Positions 1 to 8,818 of a stretch of DNA of 64,000 nucleotides are shown here, in pieces. The notes beneath the pieces are model-generated. The model was not told where the DNA came from. It searched no databases and was given only the letters and a program-made list of their open reading frames with translations. The translations under genes were made by a program, and so were the position numbers. The stretch comes from a virus. Lineage: Duplodnaviria > Caudoviricetes. The stretch is from IMG/VR virus record IMGVR_UViG_3300037424_000564, positions 128,001 through 192,000 of that record, one strand, 5' to 3'. Position 1 is the first letter of the stretch; each line of letters begins with the position of its first letter.

Positions 1-493
1 CTTCTTGATCTTCTAGATACCATTTTAATCGTTCCATTGTATCCACAAAGTAATCATGGCCTACACGGATATCAAAACAGACAGCAAGAGCGTCTTTAAT
101 CTTTTCTTCGATCTTTCCTGCATTATCAGTTTTTTTCTGTAAAATTTCAACAGAATCAATGATAGCATTTTCTAATGCTCTATTTTTGAAGAATACTTCT
201 ACTTCATTAATGAGTAATTCTTCATCACGCACTAAGTCAACTGTTTTTAGTGAATCAATAAAAGACAACACACTGATAGTATCAATTTCTGAAATATCAG
301 TATCTGTATTGATTAGGAGTTTGATATCTGTAATAGAGGGTTGTTTTGTGTATCTCTCGTAATATTCCTTTATTTTTTTAAATACAATTTCATGCTCTCG
401 ATCAACTAAGTATCGTATATCCATATGAGGATATACGATAGCAAAGAAAGCTTCACTCTTAAATAAAGAGGAAAATAAATTTTCAATTAACAT
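1..493 (-). CDS. gp41: Replicative helicase gp41/DnaB-like, N-terminal part, truncated by window edge
   Basis: Manual translation from ATG at 493 (not in ORF track): MLIENLFSSLFKSEAFFAIVYPHMD...EVEVFFKNRALENAIIDSVEIL...IKDALAVCFDIRVAHDYF, resembling the T4-type gp41 N-terminus; open to the edge. Confidence 0.8.
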   Translation of the reverse strand, partial: MLIENLFSSLFKSEAFFAIVYPHMDIRYLVDREHEIVFKKIKEYYERYTKQPSITDIKLLINTDTDISEIDTISVLSFIDSLKTVDLVRDEELLINEVEVFFKNRALENAIIDSVEILQKKTDNAGKIEEKIKDALAVCFDIRVGHDYFVDTMERLKWYLEDQE

Positions 494-649
494 AGGCAAA
501 TCGTTTCTTATGCACTTGCGTCAATCTTTTGACTCAATTCATATTTTAGCTGTTTAATTTCTTCTTGTAATGTAGTAATTTCAATCAATACATTATAAGC
601 TTCGAGTTGACTTAATGCTTGATATTTAGAATGTTCTAGATTCAGACTT

Positions 650-1315
650 TCATTCATCTGAACCATCCATTAATTTATGTACAGCATGTACTGCACATTG
701 TTGATTATTAATCTTATCTTCAATATCAGAAGTAGCTTCGGTAATTTCAACAGCTTTGATTTTTGATTTGATAATAATTGAATCAATCATTTTGATAACA
801 TCATGACTATATTCAGATTGTGATGCAGTGATATCATTAAGTGAATCTTTAACTTCTTCATTTTCGAGAGTGAACTGTTGAGTTAATGCTTTGATAGCTG
901 AAAGAATCTTATGAAGAGCATCAGTTGCTTTGAATGGTTTTTCTTCAAGAAAATAACTATTGTACATATCAGCAAATTTACCAGCTTTTTTACCTTTGGT
1001 TACATAACTGATAGGAACTTCATTTGAAGGATAAGATACAACGATGCCGTGAGTGACCATCATGTAGTCTGCAAATTTTTCAAAGTTACCAGTGATATGA
1101 AGGCCATTGATAGAACTGGCGAGGGAATCATAAAATTTCTTGATTTTTTCTTCATCATTAGAAGCAAATACTTTAGAAACCTTTTCCATTCCTACTGGTT
1201 TGGATTCAAATCCAATTTTGATCATACGAGATAGTTGACCAATTTCTTGCTTAAGTTCATGATTTTCTACTTGTTTTAGAGCTAGTTCTTCGATTTTTTT
1301 CATTAGTTCGTTCAT
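650..1315 (-). CDS. Hypothetical coiled-coil protein
   Basis: 221-aa ORF, helical E/K/L-rich, no recognised motif. Confidence 0.6.
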   Translation of the reverse strand: MNELMKKIEELALKQVENHELKQEIGQLSRMIKIGFESKPVGMEKVSKVFASNDEEKIKKFYDSLASSINGLHITGNFEKFADYMMVTHGIVVSYPSNEVPISYVTKGKKAGKFADMYNSYFLEEKPFKATDALHKILSAIKALTQQFTLENEEVKDSLNDITASQSEYSHDVIKMIDSIIIKSKIKAVEITEATSDIEDKINNQQCAVHAVHKLMDGSDE

Positions 1316-1524
1316 AGGGATTCCTTAGATAAGTTAGTTTTATTGCATCGTTCATATAATTGACAGAATGCAGATAGGGTTATTTTAGGGGGATTGTTGT
1401 AGGTAATGTCCATATCTCTACGATTTCGTTCTACTATCGCAGGGCAATCGCAATTCGAGATATGGACATTAAACAGAATGCAGAATCTATCTTTCTTGTT
1501 TTCTAATGATAATTTCATTGTCAT
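1312..1524 (-). CDS. Small hypothetical protein
   Basis: 70-aa ORF overlapping both neighbours in operon-like fashion. Confidence 0.4.
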   Translation of the reverse strand: MTMKLSLENKKDRFCILFNVHISNCDCPAIVERNRRDMDITYNNPPKITLSAFCQLYERCNKTNLSKESL

Positions 1525-1891
1525 AATCTTGAAACCTATTTTTCATTCGGTCGAGTGTAACTTGAGGAACAATATGAATGGACCCAAAATCATCCATACA
1601 TCGGAGTACAGTTACAGTATAGCCCATAGTGTTTGCCATGTCAATTAATCCAGAAAAATGACTTACCTTCGTGTATACATTAGAAACCACAATATCAATA
1701 CCACTATTCATAGCTGATTTAATCGTATTATAGCACCAGTGGTGTGAAGGTGTTACCTTCTCTTGAGTCCATTCATAAATTCCGTCTCTCATATAATACA
1801 TATCAGTTTCAACAAAAAAGCACCCTAGCGACTTAGCATGAGTACTTTTGCCACTTCCCGGCAGACCACGAATAATTGTTAATTTTGGCAT
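1487..1891 (-). CDS. AAA_33 / polynucleotide-kinase-like P-loop NTPase
   Basis: N-terminal LTIIRGLPGSGKST Walker A, DIVVSN motif; SD-like GGGAG/AAGG upstream. Confidence 0.8.
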   Translation of the reverse strand: MPKLTIIRGLPGSGKSTHAKSLGCFFVETDMYYMRDGIYEWTQEKVTPSHHWCYNTIKSAMNSGIDIVVSNVYTKVSHFSGLIDMANTMGYTVTVLRCMDDFGSIHIVPQVTLDRMKNRFQDYDNEIIIRKQER

Positions 1892-1899
1892 TTACCTTA

Positions 1900-2236
1900 C
1901 TCCCAATTTTTTAATTTGATAGGAAGATACAGATTCACTGGCGAACTTATTAAGTAAGCCTCCACCATATCTTCAACCCTACTATCATCGGGGCATGACT
2001 TAGGCTGTCGCACTGCCCTTTTTAATGGGTAGTTACCCACTTCTCTTCATTAGGTTTAGTCCTAACTATTCGCCTACTAAAGCGACACGTCTCTTATTCT
2101 TGGCTACAGTGATGGTGGTTTTCTGTTCCACTCTATCCAACTATCAAGAAGGATTCACTATCCCAAGGTACATTTTTATGGATTCTCCCCACTTCTATCA
2201 TCGGTTGCGTTCCGACTAGCCAGTTACAATTGGCAT
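1900..2236 (-). ncRNA. Candidate structured non-coding RNA of about 330 nt
   Basis: Intergenic, more GC-rich than flanks, many hairpins on minus strand (TCGG/CCGA, TCGC/GCGA, TTAGG/CCTAA, GGGTA/TACCC) plus long-range complements (CCACCA 2118-2113 with TGGTGG 1967-1962). Confidence 0.55.
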
Positions 2237-2527
2237 CTATTTAATTTCGAATTTGGTTCCCATAACGGTCAGGTTGATAACAGAATCAACATTGAAAGAA
2301 CGGTAAGCATTTGCTTGTGCATCAAATACACGAACGATATCTTTAGGGCATTCAGTAGCTTCCCGCTTGCGATTTTCATCAGAAACCAGATGACAAGTGA
2401 CGCCAGTACGACCATTCAGCCTACGAAGTTCACCATTTTTCTTGGTGAAAAGAACCGAGAAAAAAGAACCATTGGTCATTCCAAGGACAGTTTTGACATC
2501 AGCGGCATTGAGAGTTTGAGTTTTCAT
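2237..2527 (-). CDS. WYL_2/DUF2693-like Sm/SH3 beta-barrel protein
   Basis: FSVLFTKKNGELRRLNGR...VRVFD...AYRSFNVDSV pattern; AAAGGAG SD and its own promoter. Confidence 0.65.
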   Translation of the reverse strand: MKTQTLNAADVKTVLGMTNGSFFSVLFTKKNGELRRLNGRTGVTCHLVSDENRKREATECPKDIVRVFDAQANAYRSFNVDSVINLTVMGTKFEIK

Positions 2528-2561
2528 GGTGTATCTCCTTTTGGTTGTTGGTTATGTACTA

Positions 2562-2590
2562 ACTATAAACTATCTTTTATTTCTTGTCTA
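2562..2590 (-). promoter_or_regulatory. Sigma70-type early promoter
   Basis: TAGACA-17 nt-TATAGT upstream of the WYL_2 gene. Confidence 0.75.
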
Positions 2591-2595
2591 TTTAA

Positions 2596-2778
2596 CTATT
2601 TGTTATAATCGAAAACAAAGATATCTGTTTTGTTTTCGTAAGGAACACCCAGTTGACGATAATGGTTACAGAGAAAAAGTGCCTGTTTCAGAGTATAGTT
2701 TTCAGTGAGATTGTTTTCTCCATCTGAGAAATAAAAAGGCTTCGATTTCATGCTGTTGTCAAGTTTGAGGATCGTCAT
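2596..2778 (-). CDS. Small hypothetical protein
   Basis: 60-aa ORF with AAGGAG SD and its own promoter. Confidence 0.55.
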   Translation of the reverse strand: MTILKLDNSMKSKPFYFSDGENNLTENYTLKQALFLCNHYRQLGVPYENKTDIFVFDYNK

Positions 2779-2804
2779 GAGTTATCTCCTTGGTTAGTTA
2801 TTCA

Positions 2805-2833
2805 AAGATAATCTATTCCGAATTATTTGTCAA
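2805..2833 (-). promoter_or_regulatory. Sigma70-type early promoter
   Basis: TTGACA-17 nt-TATCTT. Confidence 0.7.
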
Positions 2834-3075
2834 TTAAAAAGTTACTAAAACGAGAATAATTAAAAATACAGCAAAAAATATAAAGAACATTAGAACCTCC
2901 TATTATTTGACAATTAAAAATAACTATTACTTTTAAACTCCTTAAGTTAAAAATAAAATTAGTAAACCAATAATACCAACTAATGTGATCAGGTAATATT
3001 TCGAATTCTTTGTTTCCATTACCAAAATAATACCGACTACCTCAAGTATCGCAAAAAATAATCCAAGTAAGTTTT

Positions 3076-3393
3076 TCATATTTTCTCTCTTTCAGGTGGT
3101 TCTGGTAGATACATCCAATGGGTAACTTCATCAAGAATTGGTCCCCATGATGTATTTCCATTTTCAATATACATCATAAGAAAATCTTCTTCAATATCAT
3201 ATCCATCATACATTTCAAACTTTTCCCCATGTTTATTTCTGGTATAACCATAATTAGTTTCATATACCGATGATCCCTTACCGGGACTTATTTCTTCAAA
3301 AGTATGATCAAATTCAACAACCAATACTGAAACTCCATATTTTCCTTCAGGAATTTTTGGTAGTCTATCCTTTACTGAAATCCATTCATTCAT
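3076..3393 (-). CDS. DUF551 family protein
   Basis: N-terminal EWISVKDRLP and C-terminal VTHWMYLPEPP. Confidence 0.85.
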   Translation of the reverse strand: MNEWISVKDRLPKIPEGKYGVSVLVVEFDHTFEEISPGKGSSVYETNYGYTRNKHGEKFEMYDGYDIEEDFLMMYIENGNTSWGPILDEVTHWMYLPEPPEREKI

Positions 3394-3701
3394 TTTTTAT
3401 CCTTAAAGTTATACTGAATATCGTTGAGTCGAAAAAAGTATGGAACATCAATGATTGGATAAATTTCTCTATCCAGTAGATTTGAAAACACTATACGATC
3501 ACCTTTTCTTTTATTACAAGCAATACAGGTAACTACATAGTTTTCTTGATTATACTCATTCACTTCCATTGCATTCAAAGGAATTATGTGATCAAGACTT
3601 GGTTTGCCTTTGATTAGTCGCTTACAATATGCACAAACTCCATTTTGTGATTTATAGAGTTTTGCTCTCATGGCAATTCGAAAAGATCCTGATTCCCTCA
3701 T
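3390..3701 (-). CDS. Small HNH endonuclease
   Basis: CAYC...SLDHIIP...NYVVTCIACNKRKG. Confidence 0.9.
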   Translation of the reverse strand: MRESGSFRIAMRAKLYKSQNGVCAYCKRLIKGKPSLDHIIPLNAMEVNEYNQENYVVTCIACNKRKGDRIVFSNLLDREIYPIIDVPYFFRLNDIQYNFKDKK

Positions 3702-3721
3702 AACGTTCTCCTTATAAAATA

Positions 3722-3750
3722 AGGATACAATATAGAAATTAAATTGTCAA
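3722..3750 (-). promoter_or_regulatory. Sigma70-type early promoter
   Basis: TTGACA-17 nt-TATCCT upstream of the HNH gene. Confidence 0.65.
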
Positions 3751-3751
3751 T

Positions 3752-4099
3752 TTAATTATTCGAAGAGTTAGACCAAGCTACTACCATATTCTGAAATGAT
3801 TTGCCATCAGTCATTGTCGGAAGAGATATAGGAATTATTTGTTTTCTCAAAGCAAATGCCATTCCTAGATCAAATAAACTACCTTGGCTTTGCCCATCCC
3901 AAACAATATGAATAACATCAGCAGTTTCTATTGCTTTTCTATTATCAGAACAGATACGCAATCCAGTTGTATCATTTTGATTAGTATCTCTATGCGGCCA
4001 ATGAACATCATAACCTTCTGATTCTAATTGTTTAACGACATCAAATGTATCTTCTGGTGATTTTCCACGAACCGGACAAATTAAAAATGTTTTCTTCAT
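3752..4099 (-). CDS. Nucleoside 2-deoxyribosyltransferase-like protein
   Basis: FLICPVRG...DNRKAIETADVI...QGSLFDLGMAFAL matches the NDT-like fold pattern. Confidence 0.7.
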   Translation of the reverse strand: MKKTFLICPVRGKSPEDTFDVVKQLESEGYDVHWPHRDTNQNDTTGLRICSDNRKAIETADVIHIVWDGQSQGSLFDLGMAFALRKQIIPISLPTMTDGKSFQNMVVAWSNSSNN

Positions 4100-4305
4100 G
4101 ATAATTTAATTCCACAAAAAGGACAGAAATTAAAAGGCAAAAATGTATGTTCTTCATCTTCAATGTAAATTTCATCGATTGAAATTCCGTATTGATTTAC
4201 TTCAAACATATCAATTGTACCATTCCAATTATCTTTTTTGTACTTATAATCATATTTGTAAAATTCACAACCATCTGCATGTTTTGCTAGTTCTTCGTTT
4301 GTCAT
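4096..4305 (-). CDS. Small hypothetical protein with CxxC
   Basis: 69 aa, ends FNFCPFCG. Confidence 0.55.
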   Translation of the reverse strand: MTNEELAKHADGCEFYKYDYKYKKDNWNGTIDMFEVNQYGISIDEIYIEDEEHTFLPFNFCPFCGIKLS

Positions 4306-5285
4306 TTAAAGTCTCCTTTAGATGCGAACCATTCTTGGTTCAGTTTTACCAACATATCATTAATAGTATTATATTGTGGTTTATCTGGAAGTTCAGTTTC
4401 TGTTGCTACGGTATTGATATCATTTTCAATATCATCAGCCATTTCTGAAACTTCAGCTAATGAGTATTCACCATTGCGAATTTTCATTAGTAGTGGTTTG
4501 TCTACCAACGGAAAGATCAAATTTCCTGTTTCAAGAAGTTCTTTTCCTTCGAGTAGAAGTCTAATAAGATGCATTGCAAATTTGGTATCATAACCATATT
4601 CATCCACCATTTCTTTTCTACCAGAGAATTTTGATTTTCTGATTTCTAGTTGTTCTAATGCTTTTTCAATAGTAATATTTTTCTGAATATTAATATCTCC
4701 ACATTTCATATGGATACTATTAATAGGAAACTCAAAAATATGCTTGCCATCATCATTAAGAAAAAAACAAAGATCTGTAATATTTTCGGCTACATATGTT
4801 TTAGGTTGCAATTTACGGAGAATATTGATCGCTTCCTCAATATTGAACATATTATTTCGTTTAACAAACATGTTTTTCTTCTGACCAATAGCGTAACCAA
4901 TAAATCTATTCTTGAGTCCTTTATGTAAAAAATTGAATCTATTTTCAAGAAGTTGATCGCCATACCAGTTTTTATAGATAATATTTTCAGGTGTCACGAA
5001 CAATTGTTCAATGATATTTGGATTATTATCTAATGCTAGTTTCACGAATTTACGAACTTCATAAAATTTACGATCAATAGCATCAGAAGCATTCCTGCCA
5101 TTTTCAAGCTTTGATACTGTAGATAGATCTACTTCTTCGACTTTATCCAAACCAAAGAAATAATTAATAGGAGGAACAAAGATACCAGAATAATCTTCAT
5201 CAGATTCAGGACGATTCAACCCATAAAGATGTGAACCAACTTTAATTTCCAGAACTTTATTTTTTAATACGATTTGTTTAATCAT
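4302..5285 (-). CDS. RlaP/NrdC.11-like nucleotidyltransferase (Pol-beta superfamily)
   Basis: VGSHLYGLNRPESDEDYSGIF motif and YDTKFAMHLIRLL helix. Confidence 0.85.
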   Translation of the reverse strand: MIKQIVLKNKVLEIKVGSHLYGLNRPESDEDYSGIFVPPINYFFGLDKVEEVDLSTVSKLENGRNASDAIDRKFYEVRKFVKLALDNNPNIIEQLFVTPENIIYKNWYGDQLLENRFNFLHKGLKNRFIGYAIGQKKNMFVKRNNMFNIEEAINILRKLQPKTYVAENITDLCFFLNDDGKHIFEFPINSIHMKCGDINIQKNITIEKALEQLEIRKSKFSGRKEMVDEYGYDTKFAMHLIRLLLEGKELLETGNLIFPLVDKPLLMKIRNGEYSLAEVSEMADDIENDINTVATETELPDKPQYNTINDMLVKLNQEWFASKGDFK

Positions 5286-5598
5286 TGTTAGCTCCTAGTT
5301 CTAGACAAATATTCATATATGTCTTAATGGTTTCCATATCATGTTGACCCATAATAGTTCTGGTTGATTCTGCTAAAGATGGAATACATTTCACAGAAAA
5401 ACAAATACCATCTTTAGAAATCATATCAACAGAAATCAGCCCATCCATTTTTTCTTTAGCAGATTTCATCATAATTCCCTTTTTTATTGATTTGAGGTTA
5501 TTTGGTGCAGGACAACTACCACAATTACATCTAAAAAATTGAGTTGATTTATCAGTGAAGTATCCACATTCATAACATTCTGGTTTGATATTTCTCAT
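5278..5598 (-). CDS. Hypothetical protein with Cys-rich N-terminus
   Basis: 106-aa ORF, CYEC...CNCGSC. Confidence 0.55.
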   Translation of the reverse strand: MRNIKPECYECGYFTDKSTQFFRCNCGSCPAPNNLKSIKKGIMMKSAKEKMDGLISVDMISKDGICFSVKCIPSLAESTRTIMGQHDMETIKTYMNICLELGANND

Positions 5599-6401
5599 AA
5601 TGAATCCTTTAATTTATGTGATTCTTCATATTGATACCAAGCATTGAAAATTTTACTAACATCATTATCATAAAATCCTGATGAATTGATGCAATTAAAT
5701 TCTATAACTTTGAGTTCATCATCAACCAGAGCCAAATCCATACAAACACAAGGACTTGGCAACCATTTATCAGCAAACTTCTGGGCTTCTGCTAATACAT
5801 CAGGATCTGTTTCTCTTTTAGAGAATAAATTACCACGATACCGATACATACTTCCATCAATAACTTTATGATCAATTATAAAATATCGCCATTCTGCTTG
5901 GATTACTTTTGGTTCAGCAAGCACGATGATCATATCTTCTTCCATTTTATACGTACCAGAAGAACCACAAACCATTGCATCAGTCAACCATAACCAAAGT
6001 TCTTTGGATTCCATCACTGTGCCAGTAAAATGTTTCAAGTCTTTATCAGGTCTTACAAACCACAATTTATCATCTGGACTTGATTGTAGAAACTTTATAG
6101 CATCTTCGACTTGTAGGATATGTTCAGCATTCATCATATCATCACGATTTGATGCCGCAGTTTTGTAACTGAAATTGGTCATATCAAAGTGTAATCCTTT
6201 ATATCCTCTTTGATATGATATAGTAGTTAACGAAGTTGAACCATATGGAATATAATCTACTCCTACCAATTCTTCATTAGCAGTTATTTCATCACTGAAA
6301 GGAATAACACCAACATATAGATTTGGCTTATCCGCAATAGCATAGCTAATTTCGAGTAATGATTGTACATTAATTAGATTGTGCTGAATTAGAAACTTCA
6401 T
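5595..6401 (-). CDS. R2K-clade ATP-grasp protein
   Basis: WFVRP...KHFTG, EWRYFII, CMDLA, VIEFNCINSSGFY. Confidence 0.75.
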   Translation of the reverse strand: MKFLIQHNLINVQSLLEISYAIADKPNLYVGVIPFSDEITANEELVGVDYIPYGSTSLTTISYQRGYKGLHFDMTNFSYKTAASNRDDMMNAEHILQVEDAIKFLQSSPDDKLWFVRPDKDLKHFTGTVMESKELWLWLTDAMVCGSSGTYKMEEDMIIVLAEPKVIQAEWRYFIIDHKVIDGSMYRYRGNLFSKRETDPDVLAEAQKFADKWLPSPCVCMDLALVDDELKVIEFNCINSSGFYDNDVSKIFNAWYQYEESHKLKDSL

Positions 6402-6555
6402 AATGATTAACAGTTACTGTCGTAACTTGATTTTGATTTGGTTACATCTTTAATCAAATTAGCGACTAGTTTGCGAAATGCCGCATCACTTAAATTTGTT
6501 TTAATGACTGTTTCCAGAACTTCATAAAATTCATCAGTTGTAATTTTGCTCATTT

Positions 6556-7047
6556 TTAAACCTCCATCAATTTATCTAATTCAGCCCACATTTTTGCATG
6601 AATATCATTATTTTTATAAAGAGTTTCCTTAAAATACGCATATTCTTTTTTATACATTTTGTAGATATCTTTTCCTATACTTCTTCGCACATTGGAAATT
6701 CTATCAGCCAATTTTAAAGATATAGCATTTATATCATAAGCTAACTCTGGATATGTATTTCGATGACGCTCTGCTCTATTTTTCCCATGTTTATCTGTAA
6801 CAGCCCATACAATATCTGCGATTGTTCGGTTAAACATAAACCAAATATCTTTATAGGTATATTTTGTATCTTCAATAATATCATGCAAATATGCTGCAAT
6901 CAAAGTATTTTTATTAGTGATATTAAATTCAACTAATACATTATAAACATCATCTAAATGAGTCACATACGGCAATTCCCCATAAAGTAAGGTGTGCGCT
7001 TTGACTGCTAATTCTCTAGCTTTTGGTAACATGATATTCTCCTTCAC
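6556..7047 (-). CDS. HD-domain small alarmone hydrolase-like (SpoT/Mesh1 family)
   Basis: PYVTHL...AAYLHDIIEDT...KLADRISN; stand-alone 163 aa. Confidence 0.85.
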   Translation of the reverse strand: MKENIMLPKARELAVKAHTLLYGELPYVTHLDDVYNVLVEFNITNKNTLIAAYLHDIIEDTKYTYKDIWFMFNRTIADIVWAVTDKHGKNRAERHRNTYPELAYDINAISLKLADRISNVRRSIGKDIYKMYKKEYAYFKETLYKNNDIHAKMWAELDKLMEV

Positions 7048-7079
7048 TACAAATATGATACTCTATTTTCTTAATTATG

Positions 7080-7475
7080 TCAATTAAGAAATAACCATCC
7101 CCAATACATTAGAATCAAATGCATCGTATTATCTTGAGCAATATACACGAAAGCTGCAAATGAAGATTTAAGTTCATTTAGATTTGTATTTTTATCAGGT
7201 GTTTTATTGCAATATTCTTTTAAAGTTGAGTTACCTTTTAATTTTGATACCAGATTACCCAGACTATAATGATCAATAAAATAATGACTTAAAAATACAA
7301 GACAAAACCACTCTATATTCATTTCAGTGAATAAACACACAACCAGAGAATAAATAACACAATGAGTAGTACAAGCCAACCAACCACTCCAATCTCGTTT
7401 TGATTTATTTAACGCCATCCAATCATTCTGAAACAAATAATCACCGGCTAAATGTCCTAACAAAAGTGCAAACAT
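7080..7475 (-). CDS. DUF3307 family membrane protein
   Basis: GHLAGDYLFQNDWMA...SHYFIDH...QDNTMHL. Confidence 0.8.
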   Translation of the reverse strand: MFALLLGHLAGDYLFQNDWMALNKSKRDWSGWLACTTHCVIYSLVVCLFTEMNIEWFCLVFLSHYFIDHYSLGNLVSKLKGNSTLKEYCNKTPDKNTNLNELKSSFAAFVYIAQDNTMHLILMYWGWLFLN

Positions 7476-7510
7476 AATTTTATACCTTTATATGTAAATG
7501 GTTAAAATTG

Positions 7511-7960
7511 TTAAATCAACCCATTTCCTCTCATTTTCCAAATCATCCAAAGCAGATCTAAACACCATTCATTAGGAATAATATGTGAGTTCATTGCTAG
7601 AAATTCGATATCATCACAATCACACACAACTCGAATGAAATCAGCAACTGCTCCTGATCGACAAATACCGGCAGTGCAATGTACGATGATCAGTTCAATA
7701 TCAGTGGACAATCCTTTAATAAAGGAAATAATATTCATAGCATCATTTACATCCATAGCTTTAAAATCCATACAACTAACAAGTGTCATAGTTGTTTTAG
7801 GATGAATATCATCAAACCACACAGTAATAGCTTTATCTGTATCTTTAAAAATACGTTCATCATTTGTACTAAGAATACTAATTATTGCAGTCTTAGTAGA
7901 ATTTGTAATAATAGCTTCATTATGGATTGCTACAATTTTTGGAACTGCTTGAACTTTCAT
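7511..7960 (-). CDS. Protein-tyrosine-phosphatase-like (CX5R) protein
   Basis: VHCTAGICRSGAVA P-loop. Confidence 0.85.
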   Translation of the reverse strand: MKVQAVPKIVAIHNEAIITNSTKTAIISILSTNDERIFKDTDKAITVWFDDIHPKTTMTLVSCMDFKAMDVNDAMNIISFIKGLSTDIELIIVHCTAGICRSGAVADFIRVVCDCDDIEFLAMNSHIIPNEWCLDLLWMIWKMRGNGLI

Positions 7961-8028
7961 CAGTATTCTCCTTTATATAGTATAGGATATATGCTATATG
8001 GTATTTTTTAATTTTTTATGTAAAATAT

Positions 8029-8035
8029 CTAAATA
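8029..8035 (+). promoter_or_regulatory. Candidate T4-type late promoter
   Basis: CTAAATA about 27 nt upstream of the lone plus-strand gene at 8062. Confidence 0.45.
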
Positions 8036-8061
8036 ATAGAGTAGTTATTAACTTTTAATCC

Positions 8062-8529
8062 TTGGAGTATTATATGTCAGACTTAGATCAAATAAAAAAT
8101 GTTATAGGTGATTTGAAAACTGACGTTGCTGTTGTAAAAACCGAAGTCAAAGAAATGAAAAATAGTATTACTACAGCAGTAGAAAAAATATCAGATTCTA
8201 TGATCACCTTAGCATTAGTAACAGAAAAACTAAATAATAATTTAGATGAACATAAATATATAAATCATAAATTAGAAATAATTGAAACAGAACAAGAAGA
8301 ACAAAGAGATACACTGCTCAATCTTAAAAATAGTCATGATGTATGTAATGATCGTAGAAAAACTGATGAAGATCGTCGGGCAAATTCACCGTTAGCCAAA
8401 GCAAGAGTTAAAGTAGTAGAATGGTCATTTATATTTTTAGTCGCTTTGGCTATATTTACGATTTTTAATCATCTTCCTGATTTTTTTAAGTTTGCCGCAG
8501 ATTCCAACATTGGTATACAATTACCATAA
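8062..8529 (+). CDS. Coiled-coil protein with C-terminal transmembrane helix (holin-like candidate)
   Basis: Long heptad N-terminus, WSFIFLVALAIFTIF TM segment, late-type motif upstream. Confidence 0.55.
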   Translation: MEYYMSDLDQIKNVIGDLKTDVAVVKTEVKEMKNSITTAVEKISDSMITLALVTEKLNNNLDEHKYINHKLEIIETEQEEQRDTLLNLKNSHDVCNDRRKTDEDRRANSPLAKARVKVVEWSFIFLVALAIFTIFNHLPDFFKFAADSNIGIQLP

Positions 8530-8818
8530 CGGTACTTATGAAAAAAGCGTGGAGTAACTTCTGTACATGTTTTATGTCGTTAGTTTTATTGGTGTCATTA
8601 ATCTATATACCAATTCGTATGCATTACTCTGACTTTTTTGAATATACGTGCTCTTTGTTTAGTTTTGGGAATTTAAACTGTATAGATTTACTATTTTTAA
8701 TATACGCTATTTATATTTCAAAACAATTTTTAAACTTACATATATATTTTGAAAAACGTAACAGATTACATTTTATAAAAAAGTTTAATTTTAGAAATAA
8801 TCATTATCTTGTATAAGG

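Noticed and set aside
494-660. Two overlapping mini-frames (MNESLNLEHSKYQALSQLEAYNVD* and MLIEITTLQEEIKQLKYELSQKD*) that one base deletion would join
   Set aside because: Too short to distinguish a broken gene from chance or a sequencing error; no slippery motif
1955-1970. CTCCACCA on the plus strand, like a tmRNA or tRNA 3' end
   Set aside because: No T-arm (GGTTC.A.TCC) before it and no matching 5' acceptor strand
2100-2200. RNase P RNA assignment for the structured region
   Set aside because: Only a CR-II-like motif is present; the GAGGAAAGUCC CR-I and a matching P4 are absent
2025-2219. Plus-strand 64-aa ORF in the intergenic gap
   Set aside because: No SD, antisense to the operon, atypical composition; better explained as a by-product of the GC-richer RNA-like region
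8538-8816. Plus-strand 92-aa hydrophobic ORF
   Set aside because: No SD or recognisable motif; could be real but cannot be supported
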